From: Octopus sinensis
Taxonomy: Eukaryota
Direction: 5' to 3'
Length of the DNA stretch: 9,923 nucleotides
Assembly (NCBI RefSeq): GCF_006345805.1
Contig: NW_021827778.1
Location: 1-9,923 of the forward strand
Shown: piece by piece, positions 1 to 8,340 of the stretch
Numbering within the stretch: position 1 is the first letter of the stretch
Layout of the letters: each line of letters begins with the position of its first letter
The notes under the pieces: generated by a model
Databases searched by the model: none
Seen by the model: only the letters and a program-made list of their open reading frames with translations
Told to the model about the DNA's origin: nothing
Program-made: the position numbers and the translations under genes

Positions 1-112
1 TCTGCTCGCCTAGCCAGCTAGATGACATCATTCAAAAGCTACAACAAAGTGAAGAAGCGCATTGTGCCTAGCGGTGCATAGCAACATCCGGTATTCCAGA
101 CGATGCAGTTTT

Positions 113-183
113 TATATATATATATATTATATTATATATATTATATATTATATATATATATATTATATACACACATATATATT

Positions 184-223
<40 letters not shown>

Positions 224-317
224 ATATATATATATATATATATAATATATATATATACACATATATATTTATGTATATATATATAGATGTATTATATATA
301 TATATATATAATATATG

Positions 318-356
<39 letters not shown>

Positions 357-361
357 ATATA

Positions 362-406
<45 letters not shown>

Positions 407-417
407 ATATATATATA
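113..417. repeat. Interrupted (TA)n microsatellite
   Basis: About 300 bp of TA dinucleotides with occasional CA/TG/TTA interruptions. Confidence 0.97.
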
Positions 418-800
418 GGCGTAGGAGTAGCGCTGTGGTGGTAAGTAGCTTGCTTACCAACCACCTTGTTCCGGGTCAGTTCCACTGCGTGGCACCTTGG
501 GCGGGTGTCTTCTACTATAGCCTCGGCCGACCAAAGGCTTGCGAGTGGATTTGTTAGACGGAAACTGAAAGAAGCCCGTCGTATATATGTATATGTATAT
601 GTGTGTGTTTATGTGTCTGTGTTTGTCCCCCAACATGGCTTGGCAACCGAAGCTGGTGTGTTTATGTCCCCATAACTGCGGTTCAGCAAAAGAGACCGAT
701 AGAATAAGTACTTGGCTTACGAAGACTAAATCCTGGGATCGATTTGCTCGACTAAAGGCGGTGCTCCAGCATGGCCACATTTAGATGACTGAAATAAGTA
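418..800 (+). mobile_element. tRNA-derived SINE, family A, near full length
   Basis: Collinear with 1716-2080 and 9512-9885 (shared GTAAGTAGCTTGCTTACCAACCAC, GACGGAAACTGAAAGAAGCCCGTCG, ACCGATAGAATAAGTA, CTAAAGGCGGTGCTCCAGCATGGCC). A-box-like GCTGTGGTGGTAAG at the 5' end, degenerate B box, internal TA/TG microsatellite, flanked by (TA)n on both sides. Confidence 0.9.
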
Positions 801-1715
801 TATATATATAAACCGCACATGGTAACTTCTGACATGTAAGATAATGAGATGAGTACTTTTAACAGACAAAAATACCGAGAAGTGTATAAACCTAAAAACT
901 ACTACGAAGGGAGATAATTGCACCCGGTAGTGGCGCTAATCTTTGAAACGAAACAAGTCAAAGCAACGGCATGTTTCAGTCTTGTTAGATCTCAGCAGCG
1001 AAGCTTCACCCATGAGCGATGACGACTATGCATCAAACTAGATGGAAAATAGTGGTTGGAATTGTGAATATCAACGGGGTTGAAGAAAACTATCACAATG
1101 GAGCGTTTGCTTGCTAAATTTGCACAACTACACATGCATCCACGTAGAGACATACATACACACACATATACACAAGTAATTCCTGGAAATGACGACATTT
1201 GTTTAAAATCTTCAATCTGTTATTTAAACTGTCGACGGATTTATTAAGATTCATAATTACGAGGATGTGATATTTCTCAGAGTTACATAATTTTCAGGTC
1301 GTAATATGTGTGTATAGAGCTTGAATCTTCTGTTAGATATCGAATGCAGAACTACATTTGTTCAATGTCTAAAACATAGATAATTTAGTTACTTTCCTCT
1401 TTTTATGTTCCTAAAAGAAGAATTATGTTTGAAATATTCATGCTTTAATTTACACTCCACCTTTATGACATAATATTTAGTTTTGTGCAATTGACCGCTA
1501 CCTCACACATAATTACTTCGGCAGTGTAATATTGGCTTAAAGAGCTTGAGGTCTCGTTTCTATTAGTTGGGATTTATTGGCTTCTGTGTTTGTTTTGCAT
1601 TAGCATTACAGATATAATCACAGTATAATTTTAAGTTACTACTGTTAAATAATTCCGTGTAACGGTGTTTAACGGTAAATACCCGCTTATGAAGACAAAG
1701 AAATACGTTGCCAAA

Positions 1716-2080
1716 GTAAGTAGCTTGCTTACCAACCACATGGTTCTGGGTTCAGTCCCACTGCGTGTCACCTTAGGCAAGTGTCTTAGCCTCGTGCCGA
1801 CCAAAGCTTGTGAGAGGATTTGGTAGACGGAAGCTGAAAGAAGCTCGTCGTATATATTTATATATGTGTGTGTGTATGTTTTTGCGTCTGTGTTTGTCCC
1901 CCCAACATTGCTTGATAATCGATGCTGATGTGTTTACGCCCCCGTAACCTAGCGTTTCGGCAAAAGAGACCGATAGAATAAGTAAATGAATAAGTTCTGG
2001 GGTCGATTTTCTCGGCTAAAGGCGGTGCTCCAGCATGGCCGCAGTCAAATGACTGAAACAGGTAAGAGAGATAAAAGAGA
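1716..2080 (+). mobile_element. SINE family A, 5'-truncated
   Basis: Aligns by eye to 441-800. B-box-like GGTTCAGTCCC at 1749-1759. Ends in a GACTGAAACAGGTAAGAGAGATAAAAGAGA tail. Confidence 0.9.
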
Positions 2081-2212
2081 TACTCTATTTTATGTAGTTT
2101 TTACCGACTTCCTGGCTTTATAATACTTCGCAATATAATTCTTTTTCCTATATAATAAAGATTTTATGGAATATACAGGACTATAGTATTTGATATTCTT
2201 TTTAATTTTTAT

Positions 2213-2346
2213 ACCGACCCTAGTGTTCGACTGGTACTTATTTTATCGATCTCCGAGGGATGAAAGGCAAAGTCGACCTCGGCCGGAATTTGAACTCAGA
2301 ACGTAATTCGGATGAAAGACCACTAAGCTTTTTGTGTGGCGTGCTC
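2213..2346 (-). mobile_element. tRNA-derived SINE, family B, partial
   Basis: Reverse complement reads CGTTCTGAGTTCAAATTCCGGCCGAGGTCGACTTTGCCTTTCATCC...GATAAAATAAGTACCAG, matching 9001-9070 and 2416-2480. Confidence 0.88.
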
Positions 2347-2390
2347 GTAGTCTTACAACTGTATATAATATACATTGCCTGTATATACAA

Positions 2391-2556
2391 GGCGATGAGC
2401 ATTTCGTCCATCCTTACGTTTTGAGTTCAAATTCGGCCGAGGTTGACTTAGCCTTTCGGGGTCGATAAAATAAATACCAGCTGAGCACTGGGGTCGATGT
2501 AATTGACTGCCCCCTCCCCTGAAATTGCTGGTCTTTCTCCAATATGTGAAACCAAT
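2391..2556 (+). mobile_element. SINE family B, 5'-truncated
   Basis: B box GTTCAAATTC at 2425-2434, followed by GGGGTCGATAAAATAAATACCAG...CACTGGGGTCGATGTAAT, shared with 3501-3713 and 8791-9326. Confidence 0.88.
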
Positions 2557-2601
2557 AAACAGTGTCTTTATGTAACACAGTAGATTTATGATATCAGGAT
2601 A

Positions 2602-2655
2602 ATTTGGCTGGTATTTCTCGCAGGTCGAACAACCACATAAAGGCGCCCTCGTTGA
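2602..2655. repeat. Possible fragment of another dispersed cephalopod repeat
   Basis: ATTTGGCTGGTATTTCTCGCAGGTCGAACAACCAC resembles, from memory only, a recurrent octopus repeat segment. There is no second copy in this window. Confidence 0.25.
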
Positions 2656-3030
2656 CGTGGCACGTGTTACTACATGGTTAAGGTGAATCGTTGGATCCTA
2701 AGATGTGTTCACCATCTTCTGAAAACATTCAAGTATCACCAGTGCTCAATGTCCATCTTTCTACCGTTATTCCTTTGATGTACCTTATAGTATTATCGAT
2801 TTTTCACTGTTCTATGTAGTCGACGACACAATAGATGACCCGAAATTTATCAGATTTTTCCATGGTGGCAGCAAGTGCACGTGATGCATCGATAATGTGC
2901 AAGGTTTTCAGTAGCTTTGTGTGGGAGAATTTATTCAAAATGTAAAAAAAAAGAAAAAGAAAGAATGTGTTCATTTACGCACCGATGAACACTCAAGCGA
3001 TAAATAACACGCACCCATACAAACACATCC

Positions 3031-3163
3031 ATGTATACATACATTATACAATCATATATATATATATATATATACATACATACATTATATATAATAAACA
3101 TATATATACATTCTTACATGTAAGTGGTGTCTATATATATACATATATACACTTTCATACATG

Positions 3164-3206
<43 letters not shown>

Positions 3207-3321
3207 CATTCATATATATATACATGTATACATATACACACACATGTTACATATATATATATAACATACATTATACATTCATATGTTATGTATATACACA
3301 CACACACACACACACAACATA

Positions 3322-3360
<39 letters not shown>

Positions 3361-3483
3361 TATGTGTTGTGTTTATGTATTATATACACGCACACACATA
3401 TACACATGTATGCATACATACATACATACATACATACATACATACATACATACATACATACATAGACAGATGTATATATTTAT
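3031..3483. repeat. Compound microsatellite (TA)n/(CA)n/(CATA)n
   Basis: Direct reading; a near-perfect (CATA)n run lies at about 3411-3463. Confidence 0.95.
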
Positions 3484-3500
3484 AATTTTTATTCAGCTGA

Positions 3501-3713
3501 AAAGCGCCGAGCTGGCAGAATTTATTGCACGCCGGATAAACTTCTTACCGCCATTTAATCCGGAATTACGTTTTGAGTTTAAAATCCGCCAAGGTCCTCT
3601 TTGCCTTTCATTCTTTTGGTATGGATAAAATAAGCACCAGTTGAGCACTGGGTTGATGTAATCGACCATCTTCCTCCTTCAAAATTTCACACCTTGTGCC
3701 TCCAGTAGAAACT
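3501..3713 (+). mobile_element. SINE family B, full-length, diverged
   Basis: Head AAAGCGCCGAGCTGGCAGAA matches 8791-8810. Degenerate B box GAGTTTAAAATCC, core GATAAAATAAGCACCAG, and a tail CCTTGTGCCTCCAGTAGAAA matching about 9308-9326. Confidence 0.85.
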
Positions 3714-3723
3714 ACGATTGTTT

Positions 3724-3795
3724 GGCGAGTCATCAGAATGGTTGGAGCGTCGGAAAACACACCTTACAGCGTCCCCGCCAGCTCTTTACGTTCTG
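3724..3795 (+). mobile_element. Diverged SINE B-like head fragment, truncated just before the B box
   Basis: GGCGAGTCATCAGAATGGTT...TCTTTACGTTCTG resembles GGCGAGCTGGCAGAATCGTT...TACGTTCTGAG in the other copies. Confidence 0.5.
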
Positions 3796-3994
3796 CTCTA
3801 CATAGAGGGCAGATACGCTCTACGAACAGATACGGGTCCACTCTACGTGCAGGCATGGTTATGCTTTGTGTTGGCACTGATCCGCCCTACATGCAGGTAA
3901 CGATAGTCTGTAATTGCAGGCACGAATGTGCAGTACATGCAGGCACAGACATTCTAATACGTGCAAGCACGGATCAGCCTTCCATGCAGAATGG
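3796..3994 (+). repeat. Degenerate ~23-bp minisatellite, about 9 units
   Basis: Unit starts at 3796, 3818, 3841, 3864, 3885, 3908, 3931, 3954 and 3978 (spacing 21-24). Approximate consensus CYCTACRTGCAGGCACGGATCMG. Confidence 0.7.
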
Positions 3995-4445
3995 CTTTGT
4001 TACCCTTTGCTCACCTCGGAGGGGCACAGCTAAAGGCACATAGTCAGCAAACCGAAAGATTTTCTTCGTCTAACGTCAAACGTTAGAACAGTCTATAAGT
4101 AAAAGGGAATCAAACGTTGAACTTCGGAGTGGTTTGCATAATTCGCTATTTTACTGTCGCACGTAAGTCGAAATGGGTCAAATATAGTTTCGACAGGAAT
4201 ACATTTGTCGGAGTTAGTATTTCTTTGAACTTAATTTAAGCAAAGTCGAAAAGTATAGATACATGTCTCTGGTTTCACTAATGATAAGCAAATGATGAGG
4301 AAGCCGACCGTGTGAAAGATAAAGCAGGCTTCACATATTCCCTTCAATCTCAGCCTTATAGCCAAATTGTGGCATCTCTTCACATTATCTACGCTAATTA
4401 CAAATCTCTGCTAATTACAGACTTCTTATCTTTTGCTCTTACTCA

Positions 4446-4760
4446 ACCCTACATATCTTCTCTCTCCTTCGCTCTCTCTTTCCCTTCCTGTCTCTCTGTC
4501 TCTTTCTCTCTTTCACACCCTCTTTCCTTCTCTCTCTTTCTTACTCTCTCTCTCTCTCTTAACATCAGTATAACTACACTTACATACACGCGCGCACGCA
4601 CACACACGTTGTAGAGGGTTACGTATATATGTATTTATAAATAAGTATATATACGATATATATACATATATATGTCCATGAATATGTATACGTGTGTGTG
4701 TGTCCATGTATATACATACACACACACACACACACGTGTGTGTGTACCTGTGTGTGTATA
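4446..4760. repeat. Compound (CT)n, (CA/CG)n, (TA)n, (TG)n microsatellites
   Basis: Direct reading. Confidence 0.9.
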
Positions 4761-4829
4761 GTAAATATGATGAACAAAAACCAAAAGAAAGGCAATAGAA
4801 GAGGTTTAAGTTTCAACAGTTAAAATTAT

Positions 4830-4939
4830 CTGTCTCTCTCTCCTTCTTTCCCCCTCTCTCTCTCTATACATATATATATATAATTATTAGTGTATGTATA
4901 TGTATATATGTGTGTGTGTCTGTATATATGATACATACA

Positions 4940-5001
<62 letters not shown>

Positions 5002-5293
5002 TACGTACTATATATATGCGTGTATATATGTTATATATGTGTGTCTGTGTGTCTGTGTGTCTGTGTATGTGTGTGCGTGCGTGCGTGCGTGTGTGTGTGT
5101 GCATACACAAGCTCAGAAGTTTTTTTCTCCCTCCTGTCCTTTTCTTCAACTCCTTTTCTACATCTCTCTCCCACCCACCCATACCTCTCTCTCTATCTCT
5201 CTCTCTCTTTCTCTCTCTCTCACACACACTCTCTTTCTCTCTCACACACACACACTTCCTCTCACACACACATTCTCTCTCACACACACACAT

Positions 5294-5328
<35 letters not shown>

Positions 5329-5460
5329 CTCCCTCACACACTTTTTCTCTCTCTCACTCACTCTCTCTCACTCTCTCTTTCTCGATCTCTTTCTCGATCT
5401 CTTTCTCTCTCTCTCTATCTCTTTCTCTCTCTCTCTCTATCTCTCTCTCTCTCTCTCTTT
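4830..5460. repeat. Compound microsatellite block (CT)n/(TA)n/(TG)n/(GTGC)n/(CA)n/(CT)n
   Basis: Direct reading; explains ORFs 4826..5293, 4894..5541, 4910..5560 and 5016..5462. Confidence 0.95.
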
Positions 5461-6124
5461 AACAGTCCCATCACTCTCGCCACCTCTCTCTCCTCCCTCT
5501 GCTGTCGTTTCAAGCATCACCGCAACGGCCGTTGCTCTTAGTTTTCCCAAACTAGAATAATAACTCCACTTTTCTCTTTGGCACTATTCCTCATTCTCTC
5601 ACCTTCGTCCGCCTTATCTAACCCTTTCCTGCAAACAAAACTTATACCCAATCATTCTTCTATAATAACACAACACCACTTTGTCGAAACAACCTGAACA
5701 TTGCTCACATTAGTTCGTACTACTTAACAAAATTAAACACACCTATAATAGCTCCAGATAAATTTTAAACATAGCAAACTGACTGTGACCTACGTTATAG
5801 TTACACATGGGTGATTGCTTTTCACATTAGTGAATAGCATAAAGTAAAGGAAAGGTGAATAGTCAGTTAGAAAGCAGTGGTGTAACTGTATAGAAAAACT
5901 GGTAACTAATTTGTAATTGAGTAAAAATAGAGAAAGTTTAGAGATATTTTGACCCACGTTTACAAACAGGGGAGAGAGGCGCGAACTCACAAATATATCA
6001 ACCCGAACAAGAAACAAAATGTGCAAGTAGGATAATGATTGAATTATGGAGACTTACAGACAATTGAGTTACGAACAATAGAAGTTGAAGAGTTAAGGCC
6101 GTAACATTGCATGAATATAAAAAG

Positions 6125-6215
6125 GGACACACACACACACACCCATAGTGCACACACACACACACATACTCACGCTCATATACATACTGTGTGTGTGCAC
6201 TATGGGTGGGGCCGT
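6125..6215. repeat. (CA)n/(TG)n microsatellite
   Basis: Direct reading. Confidence 0.85.
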
Positions 6216-6289
6216 ATTCATACACATATAGTGTCACATCCTTATCTCATCAACTTCTATTGTTTGTAAATCAGTTATGTATATTACAT

Positions 6290-6341
6290 GGTGGTGCTCC
6301 AGCATGACCACATCCGCATGACTGAAACGTATAAAAGAATA
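6290..6341 (+). mobile_element. SINE family A 3' tail fragment
   Basis: GGTGGTGCTCCAGCATGACCACA...ATGACTGAAAC...TAAAAGAATA matches 758-797 and 2021-2080. Confidence 0.75.
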
Positions 6342-6551
6342 TATAATAAGTTAGTTCGTTCGTCGTTGTCGAGTATGACCCAAGACATCACAAGTATGTA
6401 TATATGTATGTATATATGCATGCATAAACCAGGATATATAAGTATATATTTGTATATGTATGTGTAGAAGTGAAACCAATGGTAACTGCTTGACTGACTA
6501 CATGCCATATCCAAAGATATACTATTCGAATGACATAGAAGTACATACATG

Positions 6552-6773
6552 CAGTAGTACCTCGCAGTATCGCGGTTCACCTATCACGGTTCACCTATCG
6601 CATTTTATTATTTAAGCCTACGTCCATTTCTCCGTGCTGTTGTTTTGCATTTAAAATAAAATAAATATATAGAAGTTATAAAAATAATAAAATAAAATAT
6701 ACAGTACAGTACTATTTCTATTTCTATTGCGTGGGGGTGGAACGTAACACCCGTCATAGTCGAGAGATTACTG
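6552..6773. mobile_element. Tigger/pogo-type (Tc1/mariner superfamily) non-autonomous MITE
   Basis: Imperfect TIRs: CAGTAGTACCTCG (6552-6564) versus CGAGAGATTACTG (6761-6773), 10/13 match. TA at 6774-6775 (the left flank is TG). Subterminal TATCRCGGTTCACC repeats and a GGGGGTGGAACGTAACACCC end typical of Tigger/MER44-like elements. Confidence 0.8.
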
Positions 6774-6794
6774 TACATCAATACAACGATACAT

Positions 6795-6923
6795 ATTGCA
6801 TACTCACACGTACATACATACATATATACATACATATGTATTATACAAACATACATATATTTATACATACATACATATATATAATTGTACATACATATAT
6901 ACATACAACATATATATATATTA

Positions 6924-6975
<52 letters not shown>
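6795..6975. repeat. (TACA)n/(TA)n microsatellite
   Basis: Direct reading. Confidence 0.95.
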
Positions 6976-6979
<4 letters not shown>

Positions 6980-7503
6980 CCACTTTTCACTTCACTGTGT
7001 CCCTGTCATTTTCTCTCGCCCCTTCTTAATTCTTCTGTCCCTCTGCCTCTAACTTTCTGTCTTCTCTTCCCACGTGACCGGCGTTCGGCTGTGCCTGATC
7101 TTTCTTTCCGTTGTCCGTGCAACATCGATATTCCTGTGCCTGTGAAATCTCGTATCCCTACATTTCCATACATGCCAGCTTAATTTAATTCGGTTTTACT
7201 CGAAAGACACCTGTTGTTATGTCCTGTTATTATTTTTATTGTATTTGTGTAAGATTATCCGCTTTTTCCGTCATTGTTTTTGTACACATTCGTTGCTTTC
7301 TTCCAAGATATCTGGGGCTGGCCAGATTGGAACAATCTCGAGTATAATCAGTCGAAATTGCGAAGATAATCTTGTACCCGACTGAGGAAAGAAAAGTTTG
7401 GATGACCCGTCCTTGGTTTCTTTGTATCGTCTATCTGGATGTTTTGTTGTCTCATTTTTGTATCACCTAACTGTCAGGATGTTTGCGTTCTTGTCCCATT
7501 TTG

Positions 7504-7507
<4 letters not shown>
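6976..7507. mobile_element. Probable dispersed repeat inserted in (TA)n, family unassigned
   Basis: A 530-bp pyrimidine-rich block sharply bounded by (TA)n on both sides, with an internal ~40-bp duplication (7437-7463 / 7477-7505). Resembles from memory an abundant octopus repeat; single copy in this window. Confidence 0.45.
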
Positions 7508-7540
<33 letters not shown>

Positions 7541-7680
7541 TATATATTATATAATAATATACACACACACACACACATATATATATATATGTGTGTGGTG
7601 TGTGTGTATGTGTGTGTATATTATATATATATATATATATTATAATATATATATATATATATATTAGATATATATATATT
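7508..7680. repeat. Compound (TA)n/(CA)n/(TG)n microsatellite
   Basis: Direct reading. Confidence 0.95.
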
Positions 7681-7681
7681 A

Positions 7682-8275
7682 TGAGGGAATGTTATTCCAA
7701 CTTACAGGGGAAAATTCAATTTAGAAATACTAAATCAAATTTCACAAAACATAATATATATAAATTAGAAAAAAAAACACCTTTTATCAATTCAAAGTGA
7801 AAAATTAAATTACACCATCTAGAAAATTTCATATAATAGAAAGATTAAATATTCGATTAAAAAAATTTTAATATAACGATGATTAAGTAATGTGCAAAAT
7901 AATAAATAAAACGTATATATTTGGTAGAATAACGACAGGTGTTTTGTGGCTATATGTAAGAAATGATTATAGTAAAAAATATTAGTAGTAGTAGTAGTAA
8001 AATCACTTCTATATAAATATAGCCACTCATCAGGTAAAGATAACTACAATAATAAAATAATTAATAAATAAACTAATGAATTAATAAACTTACTATAATG
8101 ATTTTACTACTACTACTAATATTTTTACTATAATCATTTCTTAAATATAGCCACGAAACACGTTATTCTACCAACTATATACTTTTTAGCTTTCTATTGT
8201 ATGTAATTTTGTAGATGGTGTAATTTAATTTTTCATTTTGAATTGATAAAAGATGTTTTTTTCTAATTTATATAT
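7682..8275 (-). mobile_element. Fold-back element with hammerhead motif; Penelope-like or retrozyme-like non-autonomous retroelement
   Basis: Long inverted repeat (about 7756-8005 versus 8099-8275, 93-nt spacer), hammerhead boxes on the minus strand, (TA)n arrays at both ends, no ORF. Confidence 0.6.
7921..8049 (-). ncRNA. Type I hammerhead ribozyme motif, probably inactivated (G12A)
   Basis: Minus strand: CTGATGA (8033-8027), GTGGCTATAT (8026-8017) pairing perfectly with ATATAGCCAC (7955-7946), then AAAAC (7945-7941; the inverted arm has GAAAC at 8155-8159), ACCT, and the GTC triplet (7936-7934). Stem I is weak. Confidence 0.7.
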
Positions 8276-8292
8276 GTATATATATATATATA

Positions 8293-8323
<31 letters not shown>

Positions 8324-8340
8324 TATATACATACACACAT
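8276..8340. repeat. (TA)n/(TG)n microsatellite
   Basis: Direct reading. Confidence 0.9.

Noticed and set aside
3-71. Open frame CSPSQLDDIIQKLQQSEEAHCA-stop at the window edge
   Set aside because: Looks helical but is only 22 codons, truncated by the window, with no recognisable homology.
418-500. tRNA gene
   Set aside because: Only A/B-box remnants are present, embedded in a repeated SINE body with no cloverleaf; the same applies to the other SINE heads.
1530-1675. Paired TATTGGCTT (1530, 1575) and TAACGGT (1660, 1670) motifs
   Set aside because: Short motifs expected by chance in AT-rich DNA; no supporting promoter evidence.
3796-3994. CRISPR-like periodicity
   Set aside because: Units are contiguous and degenerate with no unique spacers, in a eukaryotic context.
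3696-4043. 115-aa ORF with normal-looking composition
   Set aside because: It spans a SINE tail, a SINE head and the 23-bp minisatellite; no recognisable domain.
4292-4317. ATGATGAG...GAAA hammerhead-like spacing
   Set aside because: Lacks C3 (ATGATGA rather than CTGATGA) and there is no stem II pairing.
4726-4745. 20-bp palindrome (AC)5(GT)5
   Set aside because: A trivial consequence of adjacent CA and TG microsatellites.
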